Below are positions 1-9,404 of a stretch of DNA of 64,000 bases, piece after piece (the first letter of the stretch is position 1; the number at the start of each line of letters is the position of its first letter). The stretch comes from Pseudomonadota bacterium. Its GTDB lineage: Bacteria; Myxococcota_A; UBA9160; SZUA-336. The position numbers were made by a program, and so were the translations under genes. The stretch lies in contig JAGWBS010000002.1 of NCBI GenBank assembly GCA_021295775.1, forward strand, positions 31,986 to 95,985, read 5' to 3'. The notes under the pieces are model-generated. The model did not search any database, was not told the DNA's origin, and was given only the letters and a program-made list of their open reading frames with translations.

Positions 1-460
1 CCGACAGGGATTCGCCCTTGGTGCCCAGCGGGTTGATCTGAAAGAAGTAGGCGTTGCGCTGGTCGTGGAACGGGTCGAGCAGGATGTTGATCCGGTCGTC
101 GGCCAGCATCTCGGCGTCCTGGGTCAGCTGCTTGGCGGTGATGCGCCCCGGATCGTCGAAACTGCGCACGCCGATGTAGAGAGCCCGGTCGTCCGCGCGC
201 AGCCAGACCTGGGTCGGGTAGGAGGGTTCCCGCCCCTCGCTGGGGTGAGCCATGCGCAGTTGGTCGATCTGGGGCTCGCCGCGCCAGGCGGGGTCGTCCA
301 GCCGGCCGTCGATGATCGGGGGCGTATCGATGCGCACCACGTCGACGACCGCCGAGTCGCGCACGGAGATCTGCGCCGGGGCGGCCGCCGCGAAACCGAG
401 CAACGCCCACAGAGCCGCCAAGCCGGCGAGCGGAAGGATGGTCCGTTCTGTCCCGTGCAC
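1..460 (-). CDS. Secreted CBM9/DOMON-like domain protein, N-terminal part only (rest of gene lies beyond the window start)
   Basis: My own minus-strand translation from GTG at 460: VHGTERTILPLAGLAALWALLGFAAAAPAQ (signal-peptide-like), then ISVRDSAVVDVVRIDTPPIIDGRLDDPAWRGEPQIDQL...DPFHDQRNAYFFQINPLGTKGESL. Absent from the ORF track because it is open at the window edge. High third-position GC. The IDGxLDDxxW N-terminus is typical of CBM9-like secreted proteins. The family call is from memory. Confidence 0.45.
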   Translation of the reverse strand, partial: MHGTERTILPLAGLAALWALLGFAAAAPAQISVRDSAVVDVVRIDTPPIIDGRLDDPAWRGEPQIDQLRMAHPSEGREPSYPTQVWLRADDRALYIGVRSFDDPGRITAKQLTQDAEMLADDRINILLDPFHDQRNAYFFQINPLGTKGESLS

Positions 461-539
461 TGGGTCACCTCGCGCGGCGCGAAGCCGGCGCGGGCGGGCC
501 GGAGTCTAATGCACGCCCGATTGATGCGCCGCCGGGGCC

Positions 540-1733
540 GTGCGCGCGAGCCTCCCCGCAGACGAATTAAGTGAGAGACTGCCGCCGGTGAATCCGGCCC
601 GCCTGTTTCCGATCCTGACCGTGCTGATGGCGGGCTACGGCTCGGTCTACACGCTGCTCGCCGAGATCCGCGACCAATTCGGCTTCGACGAGACCGCGGT
701 CGGGGCGATCGGCGCGGCGGGTTTCGCGGCCGGGTTCGCCGCGCAGGTCAGTCTGTCCCGGTTCGCCGACCGCGGCCACACCCGCGCGATGCTGCGCGCC
801 GGGGCGGCCAGCGCGCTTCTGGGCGTGGTCGGGATGGGCCTGGCGGACGCACTGTGGGAGTTCATCGCGTCACGCATCCTGCTGGGCCTCGGCACGGGCT
901 GTTTCGCACCGGCGGTGCGCCGCCTGGTGGTCGCCAGCGAGCCGGGGCGCGCGGGAGAGCGGCTGGGCTGGCTGGCCTCGTTCGAGATCGGGGGATTCCT
1001 GTGCGGGCCCGTTCTGGCCGCGGCGCTCAGCCAGCTCTGGGGCATGCGCTCGGTCTTCGCCCTGCTGGCGCTGGCGTTGCTCCTGTTGAGCCCGGCCCTG
1101 ATCCGGCTGGAGGCGATCCCCGCCACGGGAGGAGTCGCGCGCCAGCCGCTGCGCGCTCTGCTCCGGCGCCGGGGAGTCCGCGCCACGCTGCTGGCCGGCC
1201 TGGCCTTCTACACCACCGTCGGAGTCTTCGAAGCCCTTTGGGCCATCCTGTTGACCGACCGCGGCGCGGGGCCTCTCTTCATCGGGGCCACGTTGAGCCT
1301 CTTCAGTGTGCCGATGCTATTCCTGCCGCCGATCGCCGGACGCCTGGCCCAGCGCCGGGGGCCGATGCGCGTGGCGGCTGTCGGAATCGGCTGCGCGATT
1401 CCCTGCATGCTGGCCTACGGCTTCGTCACGCCGCTGTGGGCGCTGGCGGTGCTGGTGGCGCTGCACTCCGTCGCCGACTCGTACACCATGCCGGCCAATC
1501 AGCTCGCGATCGCGCGCGCCAGCGGACCCGAGCTGCTGGCCGCGGGCCAGGGCCTGCTGGGGGCTCTCGGCCAGGCCACCGCCGCGGCGACCGCGCTGGC
1601 CGGAGCCTGGGTCTACCAGGTCGCCGGACCCGGCCAGTTGTTCGGCGGCTCGGCTATTCTGATGCTCCTGCTGCTCGGCGGGGCCGTCCGGCTCGGCTCC
1701 GAGCTGCTTCATCCGGAGAGAGAAGGCGCGTGA
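540..1733 (+). CDS. MFS transporter
   Basis: 397-aa ORF with many Gly/Ala/Leu-rich hydrophobic helices. Has an MFS-like loop, SRFADRGHTRAML, after TM2. GTG start at 540 (alternative GTG at 588). Its stop overlaps the next gene's GTG (GTGA at 1730-1733). Confidence 0.8.
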   Translation: MRASLPADELSERLPPVNPARLFPILTVLMAGYGSVYTLLAEIRDQFGFDETAVGAIGAAGFAAGFAAQVSLSRFADRGHTRAMLRAGAASALLGVVGMGLADALWEFIASRILLGLGTGCFAPAVRRLVVASEPGRAGERLGWLASFEIGGFLCGPVLAAALSQLWGMRSVFALLALALLLLSPALIRLEAIPATGGVARQPLRALLRRRGVRATLLAGLAFYTTVGVFEALWAILLTDRGAGPLFIGATLSLFSVPMLFLPPIAGRLAQRRGPMRVAAVGIGCAIPCMLAYGFVTPLWALAVLVALHSVADSYTMPANQLAIARASGPELLAAGQGLLGALGQATAAATALAGAWVYQVAGPGQLFGGSAILMLLLLGGAVRLGSELLHPEREGA

Positions 1734-3346
1734 GCGAGCTTGCCTGGAACACGTTCCCGGAGGTGATCGAAGTCGGCCGGAAGCGCTTCGGCCCGCGTCC
1801 GGCCATCGTCGATCCCGAGGCGGGGCCCCTGACCTACGCCGAGCTGGCCGACGCGGTGGAACGCGCGGGCCGCGCCTTCATGGCGGCCGGGGTGCGGGCC
1901 GGAGACTCCGTGGGCGTGTGGGCGCCCAACATCCGCGAATGGGTGGTCGCGGCGCTGGGCCTGCAGAGCGCGGGCGGCGTGCTGGTGCCGATGAACACGC
2001 GCTACAAGGGACACGAGGCGGGCTACATCCTGCGCAAGAGCCGCGCCCGAATCCTGTGCACGGTCGTCAGGTTCCTGGACCAGGACTACGTCGATCTGCT
2101 GCGCGGGGCGGAGGGCGGCCCGGAGGACGGGCGTCCGGTGGGCGGGCTCCCCGAGCTGGAGCGGATCGTCGTGCTGCGCGGGGACGCGCCGCCGGCGACC
2201 CGGAGCTGGGGCGACTTCCTGAAGACCGCGGGCGATGTGCCGCTCGAGGATCTGCGATCGCGGCGCGCCGCGATCGACCCCGACGTGGACCTCTGCGACA
2301 TCCTTTTCACCTCGGGCACGACCGGACTTCCCAAGGGCGTGATGACGGGCCACTTCCAGGGGCTACGCTCGGTCGCCGCCTGGATCGACTGCGTGCGCCT
2401 GCGGGAGGGCGACCGCTATCAGATCGTCAACCCGTTCTTTCACGTCTTCGGCTACCGCTGCGGCTGGCTGGCCTCGCTGATGGTCGGCGCCACGGTCTAC
2501 CCCGAGGCCGTGCTCGACGTTCCCCGCGTGCTGCGGCGGGTGTCGGAAGAGCGGATCACCGTGCTGCCCGGCCCTCCCACGCTCTACCAGTCGATCCTGG
2601 CGCACCCCGATCTGGGGAGCTTCGATCTGTCCTCGCTGCGCATGGGCGTGACCGGAGCGGCCTCGATTCCCGTCGACCTGGTCAAGCGGGCCAAGAGCGA
2701 GCTGGGCTTCGAAGACTTCGTCACCGGCTACGGCCTGACCGAGAACTGCGGCACCGCCAGCATGACCACGCCCGACGACGATCCCGAGATCATCGCCACC
2801 ACCTCGGGCCGCGCGATCCCCGACGTGGAACTGCGCATCGTCGGCCCCGGCGGGGAGGCGCTCGGACCCGGCGAGGCCGGCGAGGTGGTGCTGCGCGGCC
2901 CCAACGTGATGAAGGGCTACCTCGACGATCCCGAGGCGACCGCCGAAGCGATCGACGCCGAGGGCTGGCTGCACACCGGCGACGTCGGGGTGCTGGACGA
3001 GGTCGGAAATCTGCGCATCACCGACCGCCTCAAGGACATGCTGATCGTGGGCGGCTTCAACGTCTACCCGGCCGAGGTCGAGAACACCCTGTCGGCGCAC
3101 CCCAAGGTGATGCACGCCGCCGTGATCGGCGTGCCCGACGAGCGCCTGGGCGAAGTCGCGCACGCCTGTCTGGTGCTGGCGCCCGGGGAAACGGCCGAGC
3201 CGGCCGAGATCCTCGCCTGGGCGCGCGAGCGTCTGGCCGGTTTCAAGCTGCCGCGCACGCTCGAGTTCCTGGACGAACTGCCCATGAACGCCACCGGCAA
3301 GGTCCAGAAGTTCTTGCTGCGCGAGCGCGCGGAGGCCGCGCGATAG
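1730..3346 (+). CDS. AMP-dependent acyl-CoA synthetase/ligase (FadD-like)
   Basis: In-frame GTG at 1730 inside track ORF 854..3346; the upstream part is Arg/Gly/Pro-rich junk overlapping the MFS gene. Adenylate-forming motifs present: FTSGTTGLPKGV, GYGLTE, HTGDVG...DRLKDMLIVGGFNVYP, and C-terminal GKVQK. Confidence 0.9.
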   Translation: MSELAWNTFPEVIEVGRKRFGPRPAIVDPEAGPLTYAELADAVERAGRAFMAAGVRAGDSVGVWAPNIREWVVAALGLQSAGGVLVPMNTRYKGHEAGYILRKSRARILCTVVRFLDQDYVDLLRGAEGGPEDGRPVGGLPELERIVVLRGDAPPATRSWGDFLKTAGDVPLEDLRSRRAAIDPDVDLCDILFTSGTTGLPKGVMTGHFQGLRSVAAWIDCVRLREGDRYQIVNPFFHVFGYRCGWLASLMVGATVYPEAVLDVPRVLRRVSEERITVLPGPPTLYQSILAHPDLGSFDLSSLRMGVTGAASIPVDLVKRAKSELGFEDFVTGYGLTENCGTASMTTPDDDPEIIATTSGRAIPDVELRIVGPGGEALGPGEAGEVVLRGPNVMKGYLDDPEATAEAIDAEGWLHTGDVGVLDEVGNLRITDRLKDMLIVGGFNVYPAEVENTLSAHPKVMHAAVIGVPDERLGEVAHACLVLAPGETAEPAEILAWARERLAGFKLPRTLEFLDELPMNATGKVQKFLLRERAEAAR

Positions 3347-3367
3347 CCGCGGCAGGTTCCGTGCGGC

Positions 3368-4270
3368 TCAGTCCAGCAGCACGTCGGGAACCAGCCGGTC
3401 GAGTTCGTCGAGCGACCACGGATCGATCTCGCGGTGGTCGCCGCGGTAGAGGACGCGCTGTTCGCGGTACTCGTTCCAGATCGAGACGTAGCCGCCCTTG
3501 GCGGTGAAGACCTGTCCGGTCACCCCGGAGGCCGCGTCGCTGACCAGCCAGGCCACGATCGGCGCGACGTACTCGGGAGGGGGCGTGGTCACGTAGGCGT
3601 TCCAGCCGTCCTCGCCGATGACTCCCTGCTCGTACAGCCGCTTGAACGTGCTCTCGCTCTTGCGGTGCAGGCGCGTGGCCGCGCCCGGGCCGATGCAGTT
3701 GACGGTCACTCCCGAGCCCTGGGTCTCGACGGCCATCGCCTTGGTCATGGAGATCACGCCGCCCATGGCCGCGGCGAAGGCGGGCTTGCCCAGAAAGCCC
3801 ATCGCTCCGTTCGAGGTGGTGTTGACCACCCGTCCCCAGCCCTGTTCGACCATGCGCGGGACGGCGTGGCGGCCGATGTAGAACTTCTGCGACATCTGCA
3901 GCGCGATGGTCCGCTCGTACTCCTCGACCGGCATGTCGAAGATGGTGCCGTCGATCGCGGCCCCGGCGCAGTTCACGCAGATGTCGATGCGGCCGAAGCG
4001 GCTCAGCGCGGTCTCGACGGCGCCGCCCGCGCCGTCGAACTCGGCCACCGAATCGTAGTTGGCGACCGCCGTGCCGCCGTCGCGTTCGATCTCCTCGACG
4101 GTCCGGTCGGCGTCGGCGCTGTTCTTGCCGCGGCCCTCCATGTCGGTGCCCCGGTCGTTCACCACCACCCGGGCGCCGTGGGCGGCGATCAGCCTGGCGC
4201 ACTCCTTGCCGACGCCGTTTCCCGCGCCGGTGACCAGCGCAACGCGTCCCTCGAGTCTCGCTCCGCCCAT
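3368..4270 (-). CDS. SDR-fold protein (MFE-2/FabG-like) with substituted catalytic dyad (FxxxM instead of YxxxK)
   Basis: 300 aa. Rossmann motif VALVTGAGNGVGK, NCAG motif and Ser in NTTSNG are present. At the YxxxK position the sequence reads PAFAAAMGG (F165, M169; codons checked at 3776-3778 and 3764-3766). Confidence 0.8.
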   Translation of the reverse strand: MGGARLEGRVALVTGAGNGVGKECARLIAAHGARVVVNDRGTDMEGRGKNSADADRTVEEIERDGGTAVANYDSVAEFDGAGGAVETALSRFGRIDICVNCAGAAIDGTIFDMPVEEYERTIALQMSQKFYIGRHAVPRMVEQGWGRVVNTTSNGAMGFLGKPAFAAAMGGVISMTKAMAVETQGSGVTVNCIGPGAATRLHRKSESTFKRLYEQGVIGEDGWNAYVTTPPPEYVAPIVAWLVSDAASGVTGQVFTAKGGYVSIWNEYREQRVLYRGDHREIDPWSLDELDRLVPDVLLD

Positions 4271-4341
4271 CCAGCCGCCCCCTCCGGTCTAGAATACGCG
4301 CGGCCGTTCGGACGCGGCAAACCACACCGGACGGGAGCCCT

Positions 4342-5052
4342 GTGAGCCGATCTTCGCACATCAACCAGCCGGGCGGCGTATTCCGCGAGAGCGTGCTGAA
4401 AAACGCGCGCGGCCGGGAGCGCGAGCTGCGCTCGCTGGCCGACGCCGTGCGCCGCCTGATCCACGTCACTGTGACCAACACCGCGTCGCGCGAGGAGACG
4501 GCGGAGGCCGCCCGCCAACTGCACGAGCTGGCCGACCGGCTCGAGCCCGGCCTGCCCGCCGAGCGCACGCCGCGCTACGCCGACATCGGCGAGCCGAGCG
4601 AGCCGCACGACTACTTCCTGTACGACTGCGTGCTCGGCCTCTACAACCCGCTGGCCCTGCCCGTCGAGATGGAGTGGGATCCGCCGCGGGCGCTGGGCCG
4701 GGCGCGCTTCACGACCGCCTACGAGGGGCCGCCGGGCTGCGTCCACGGGGCGGTCCTGGCCGCGGTCTTCGATCAGATCTTCAACATCGCCAACCTGATG
4801 TCGCGGACCGCCGGCCCCACCCGCGAACTCAGCCTGACCTACCGCCGCCCTACCCCTTTGGAGGCCGATCTGCTCTTCGAGGCGCAGGTCGAGGAGTACG
4901 ACGGCCGCCGCATCGTCACGACCGGGCGCGCGACCCACCGGGGAGTCGTCACCGTGGAGGCGCGCGGGCTCTTCATCGAACTGCCGCGCGATCACGTGCT
5001 GTCGATGGCCGACTGGGTGAACGACGCCGGCGGCAGCGAAGACGAGGGTTGA
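4342..5052 (+). CDS. Hotdog-fold (PaaI-like) thioesterase family protein
   Basis: 236 aa with a GTG start. The C-terminal half, GPPGCVHGAVLAAVFDQIFNIAN...ELSLTYRRPTPLEADLLFEAQV, matches the hotdog thioesterase pattern. Divergently arranged with the SDR at 3368-4270. Confidence 0.65.
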   Translation: MSRSSHINQPGGVFRESVLKNARGRERELRSLADAVRRLIHVTVTNTASREETAEAARQLHELADRLEPGLPAERTPRYADIGEPSEPHDYFLYDCVLGLYNPLALPVEMEWDPPRALGRARFTTAYEGPPGCVHGAVLAAVFDQIFNIANLMSRTAGPTRELSLTYRRPTPLEADLLFEAQVEEYDGRRIVTTGRATHRGVVTVEARGLFIELPRDHVLSMADWVNDAGGSEDEG

Positions 5053-5056
5053 TCCG

Positions 5057-5818
5057 CTAGGTCTCCATCGGCGTGTCGGTCTGGCGCGGCATGACGGCGA
5101 CGTCGTCGACGTAGCCGCGCACGGCCAGCACCGAGAGCACCGCCTCGGCCAGCACGTCGATGGACATGGTGGTGTTGGCCGGGAAGACGTTGCGCTCGAT
5201 CCAGATGCGCGTGATCCGCTGCGCCCTCTCCTCGCCCCACGCCAGCCCGAACTCGGAGCCTTCGGTGTTTCCGACCACCACGCGCGTGAAGCTCAACTCG
5301 GGGTGCTCGTTGCGGAACGACTCGATCAGGCCGTCGAGCGCCAGCTTGGAGACGCGGTACAGCGCCAGGCCCGGCATGCAGTTCCGCACCGCGTACGACG
5401 ACAGGTACACCGCCCGGCCCTGGCTGGCGCTCAGCAGCGGCAGGGCCGCGCGCGTGACCAGCGCGGCGCCGATCAGATTGGTCTCCATCACCGTCCGCCA
5501 CTCGTCGGCCGTGGCCTCGTCGAGCATCGCCAGCGGCGACATCCCGGTGGAGTAGACGAAGCCGTCGAGCCCGCCGAAGGCTTCGGCGGCCTGCGCCACG
5601 GCGCGCTCGCAGGCGTCCTCGTCGCGCACGTCGCAGGTCACGGCGACCGCGTCGCCGGAGGCCTCGCCGACGGCCTCTTCCAGCCGCTCGCGGCGCCGCG
5701 CCGCGAACGCCACCCGGGCGCCTGCCCGGCTGGCCTGCAGACCGATCTCCCTGCCGAGGCCCGAGGAGCCGCCGACGACCAGCAGCCGCTGCCCTTGCAG
5801 GTCATAGCTCACCGCCAC
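5057..5818 (-). CDS. SDR family oxidoreductase
   Basis: 253 aa. Has LLVVGGSSGLGREIG cofactor motif and an intact YRVSK (YxxxK) dyad. Confidence 0.85.
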   Translation of the reverse strand: MAVSYDLQGQRLLVVGGSSGLGREIGLQASRAGARVAFAARRRERLEEAVGEASGDAVAVTCDVRDEDACERAVAQAAEAFGGLDGFVYSTGMSPLAMLDEATADEWRTVMETNLIGAALVTRAALPLLSASQGRAVYLSSYAVRNCMPGLALYRVSKLALDGLIESFRNEHPELSFTRVVVGNTEGSEFGLAWGEERAQRITRIWIERNVFPANTTMSIDVLAEAVLSVLAVRGYVDDVAVMPRQTDTPMET

Positions 5819-5894
5819 GGCGGGCTACGGTACACGAGCGCCCGCCCGACTGCCGCGCTGCTACACTGCCCGCCCGCCGGGAGGTGTCGGGCCG

Positions 5895-7040
5895 TTGAGC
5901 GAGACCGTCGAGAAGTTCGAGATCCGGGTCGAGGATGCCGTGCTGGAGGATCTGCGGCGAAGGCTGTCCCAGACCCGCTTCCCCGACCAGATCGAAGGCA
6001 CCGACTGGGACTACGGCATGCCTCTGGCGTACATCCGGGAGCTGGTCGAGTACTGGCGCGACGCGTACGACTGGCGCGCCGAGGAGTCGCGGCTCAACCG
6101 GCTCGACCACTACCGCACGAGCATCGACGGGCAGTCGATCCACTTCGTCCACGCGCGCTCCGCCCGCGACGACGCCTTTCCGCTGCTGCTCTCGCACGGC
6201 TGGCCGGGCAGCGTGGTCGAGTTCCTGAAGGTGATCCCGCTGCTCACCGATCCCGAGGCGCACGGCGCGGACGGGGCCGACGCCTTCCACGTGATCGCCC
6301 CGTCGTTGCCCGGCTACGGCTTCTCCGAGCCCACCCGCACGCGCGGCTGGGGGACGCGGCGCATCGCCGAGGCGTTCAGCGCGCTGATGGGCCGGCTGGG
6401 CTACGCCCGCTACGGCGCTCAGGGCGGCGACTGGGGCGCGATGATCACCACCGACATCGGCAAGGTCGACCCGGAGCACTGCGCCGGCATCCACCTGAAC
6501 ATGCCGATCGCGTCGGTTCCCGACGACCCGGGCGAGCTGACGGAGACGGAGAAGGCCGACCTGGCCTACGGCGCGCACTTCCGCGCGGAGGAGAGCGGCT
6601 ACTCGCAGATCCAGGGCACCAAGCCGCAGACGCTGGGCCTGGGCCTGAACGATTCGCCGGCCGGCCTGGCGGGCTGGATCGTGGAGAAGTTCCGCACCTG
6701 GAGCGACTGCGACGGCCACCCCGAGAACGTCTACACGCGCGACGAGCTGCTGACCAACGTGATGGTCTACTGGGTCACGCAGACCATCACCTCGTCCACG
6801 CGCCTGTACTACGAGACCTTCCACGGAGCCAGTCCGGGGATCGGTCAGGACCGGGTCGAGGTCCCGACGGGGGTGGCGCGCTACCCCAAGGAAGTCATGC
6901 GCTTCCCCCGGCACTGGGTGGAGAGACACTACAACCTGACGCACTGGACGGACATGCCGCGCGGCGGCCACTTCGCGGCGATGGAGCAGCCCGAGCTCTT
7001 CGCCGAGGACGTACGCGCGTTCTTCCGTACGCTGCGCTGA
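5895..7040 (+). CDS. Epoxide hydrolase (microsomal EH-like, alpha/beta fold)
   Basis: 381 aa with a TTG start. Has the EH N-terminal domain (FEIRVEDAVLEDLRRRLSQTRFPD), the HGWPGS oxyanion motif and the GGDWG nucleophile elbow. Confidence 0.85.
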   Translation: MSETVEKFEIRVEDAVLEDLRRRLSQTRFPDQIEGTDWDYGMPLAYIRELVEYWRDAYDWRAEESRLNRLDHYRTSIDGQSIHFVHARSARDDAFPLLLSHGWPGSVVEFLKVIPLLTDPEAHGADGADAFHVIAPSLPGYGFSEPTRTRGWGTRRIAEAFSALMGRLGYARYGAQGGDWGAMITTDIGKVDPEHCAGIHLNMPIASVPDDPGELTETEKADLAYGAHFRAEESGYSQIQGTKPQTLGLGLNDSPAGLAGWIVEKFRTWSDCDGHPENVYTRDELLTNVMVYWVTQTITSSTRLYYETFHGASPGIGQDRVEVPTGVARYPKEVMRFPRHWVERHYNLTHWTDMPRGGHFAAMEQPELFAEDVRAFFRTLR

Positions 7041-7059
7041 ACCCGAAGGAGCGGAACCG

Positions 7060-7950
7060 GTGGCGAGCGAGATTCTCCAGACCATCATCGCGGGCATGCG
7101 GGCGCAGAACCCGCTGGCGAGCCTGGACGTGTTCGAGATGCGCGCGGGAATGCAGGCCATGGAGGGGCAGTTCCAGCCGCCCGACGACGTCCGCTACGAA
7201 TCGGTGAGCGCGGGCGGAGTGCCCGCGGAATGGACCGTGGCGGAGGACAGCGACGCGACCCGGGCCGTCGTCTACCTGCACGGCGGCGGCTACACCATCG
7301 GCGGCCTGGGCAGCCATCGGCCGCTCTGCACCCAGCTCGCGCTCGCCGGCCGGATTCCGGTGCTGAACGTGGACTACCGGCTGGCCCCGGAGAACCCGTT
7401 TCCCGCCGCGGTCGAGGACGCGGTCGCGGCCTACCGCTATGTGCTGGGGCGCGGCGTGTCGCCCGCCAGCGTCGCCATCGGCGGCGACTCGGCCGGGGGC
7501 GGCCTGACGCTGGCCACGCTGGCGGCGCTGTCCCAGGCCGGCGATCCGCTGCCCGGGGCGGGCGTGTGCATCTCGCCCTGGACCGACCTGACGCTGACCG
7601 CGGAGACGATTTCGAGCAAGGCCGAAGAGGACCCGATGGTCAGCGGCCCGCTGCTGGAAGTCATGCGCGACCACTACCTGGGCGGCGCCGACCCCGCCTC
7701 GCCCACCGCCTCGCCGCTTTTCGCCGATCCGTCGGGCTGGCCGCCGCTGCTCATCCAGGTGGGCACCGCGGAGATCCTGCTCGACGACGCCCGGCGCATG
7801 GCCGAGCGCGCCAGCGCCGCGGGCGTGGAAGTCGCCTACGAGCCCTGGGAGGAGATGATCCACGTCTGGCACACGCTGGCGCCGATGCTCCCCGAGGCGA
7901 CCCAGGCGATCGAACGCGTCGCCGGGTTCCTGTCCGAAAAACTGGACTGA
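7060..7950 (+). CDS. Alpha/beta hydrolase, HSL-family esterase/lipase
   Basis: 296 aa with a GTG start. Has the HGGGY oxyanion motif and the GDSAGG nucleophile motif. Confidence 0.85.
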   Translation: MASEILQTIIAGMRAQNPLASLDVFEMRAGMQAMEGQFQPPDDVRYESVSAGGVPAEWTVAEDSDATRAVVYLHGGGYTIGGLGSHRPLCTQLALAGRIPVLNVDYRLAPENPFPAAVEDAVAAYRYVLGRGVSPASVAIGGDSAGGGLTLATLAALSQAGDPLPGAGVCISPWTDLTLTAETISSKAEEDPMVSGPLLEVMRDHYLGGADPASPTASPLFADPSGWPPLLIQVGTAEILLDDARRMAERASAAGVEVAYEPWEEMIHVWHTLAPMLPEATQAIERVAGFLSEKLD

Positions 7951-7959
7951 GGCCGAAGC

Positions 7960-9399
7960 GTGCAGACCTACGAACAGCTCTACATCGGCGGACAGTGGGT
8001 CGCGCCCGCGGGCTCCGGCCGGATGGAGGTGATCTCTCCCACGAGCGAGGAGACGATCGCCCAGGTCCCCGACGTGGTGGAGGCCGACATCGACCGCGCC
8101 GTGGCCGCGGCCCGGGAGGCCTTCGACCACGGCCCCTGGCCGCGAATGAGCCCGTCCGAGCGCGCGGACGTGATGGAGCGCATCTCCAAGGGACTCGAAG
8201 CCCGCATCCCCGAGATGGCGCAGACCATCACGCGCGAGATGGGATCGCCGATCGGCTTCTCGATGGCCGGCCAGGCCTTCGCCCCCAAGATGGTGCTCGA
8301 CTACTACACCCAGCTCGCGCGCTCGTTCGAGTTCGAAGAGCCGCGCGGCGGGACCCTGGGGGGCCGCGTGCTGGTCCGGCGCGAGCCGGTCGGCGTGTGC
8401 GGCCTGATCATTCCCTGGAACGTCCCGCTGTACGTGACCATGCTCAAGCTCTCGCCCGCGCTGGCCTCGGGCAGCACCGCGGTCGTCAAGGCCGCGCCCG
8501 AGACGCCCCTCAACGGCTATCTGCTGGCCGAGATCGCCAGCGAAGCGGGCTTGCCCGAGGGCGTGCTGAGCATCCTGCACGCCCGGCGCGAGGCCTCCGA
8601 GCGCCTGGTCGTCCACCCCGAGGTGGACAAGATCGGCTTCACCGGCAGCACGGCGGTGGGCAAGCGCATCGCCCAGCTCTGCGGCGCGCAGCTCAAGCGC
8701 TTCACGCTGGAACTGGGCGGGAAATCGGCCGCCATCGTCTGCGACGACGCCGACCTGGACGCCTCCATCCCGCAGCTGCTCCCGGGCGCGCTGATGAACA
8801 ACGGCCAGGCCTGCATCGCCCAGACGCGCATCCTGGCGTCGCGGCGGCGCTACGCCGAGGTGGTCGACGCCCTGGTCCAGCAGGTGGGCGCGATGCGGGT
8901 CGGCGACCCGCTGGACGAGCAGACCGGCTGCGGTCCGCTCTTCGCCGAGCGCCAGCGCGAGCGCGTCGAGGGCTACATCGGGATCGGCCGCGACGAGGGC
9001 GCAAAGCTGGCCCTGGGCGGCGGCCGCCCCGAGGGTCTGGAGCGCGGCTGGTTCGTCGAGCCGACGATCTTCTCGGACGTCGACAACCGCATGCGCATCG
9101 CCCGGGAGGAGATCTTCGGCCCGGTGCTCGCGGTGATTCCCTACGAGGACGAGGACGACGCCGTGCGCATCGCCAACGACTCCGACTACGGTCTGTCGGG
9201 CTCCGTCTGGACCCCCGACGTCGAGCGCGGGACCGAGATCGGCCGCCGCGTCCGAACCGGCACCTACGGGGTCAACCAGGTCGGGATGGACTTCGGCGCC
9301 CCCTTCGGCGGCTTCAAGCAGTCGGGATTCGGCCGCGAACTCGGACCGGAGGGCCTGTCCGCCTACCTCGAGGCCAAAACCATCCTTTTGCCGGCCTAG
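7960..9399 (+). CDS. NAD(P)-dependent aldehyde dehydrogenase
   Basis: 479 aa. Has ELGGKSA, the catalytic-Cys motif NNGQACIAQTR, and PFGGFKQSGFGRE. Confidence 0.9.
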   Translation: MQTYEQLYIGGQWVAPAGSGRMEVISPTSEETIAQVPDVVEADIDRAVAAAREAFDHGPWPRMSPSERADVMERISKGLEARIPEMAQTITREMGSPIGFSMAGQAFAPKMVLDYYTQLARSFEFEEPRGGTLGGRVLVRREPVGVCGLIIPWNVPLYVTMLKLSPALASGSTAVVKAAPETPLNGYLLAEIASEAGLPEGVLSILHARREASERLVVHPEVDKIGFTGSTAVGKRIAQLCGAQLKRFTLELGGKSAAIVCDDADLDASIPQLLPGALMNNGQACIAQTRILASRRRYAEVVDALVQQVGAMRVGDPLDEQTGCGPLFAERQRERVEGYIGIGRDEGAKLALGGGRPEGLERGWFVEPTIFSDVDNRMRIAREEIFGPVLAVIPYEDEDDAVRIANDSDYGLSGSVWTPDVERGTEIGRRVRTGTYGVNQVGMDFGAPFGGFKQSGFGRELGPEGLSAYLEAKTILLPA

Positions 9400-9404
9400 C
9401 CAGC

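Noticed and set aside
854-1729. N-terminal 290 or so codons of the 830-aa track ORF 854..3346
   Set aside because: The translation is Arg/Gly/Pro/Ala-rich junk lying entirely inside the MFS transporter gene in another frame. The acyl-CoA ligase homology begins at the in-frame GTG at 1730.
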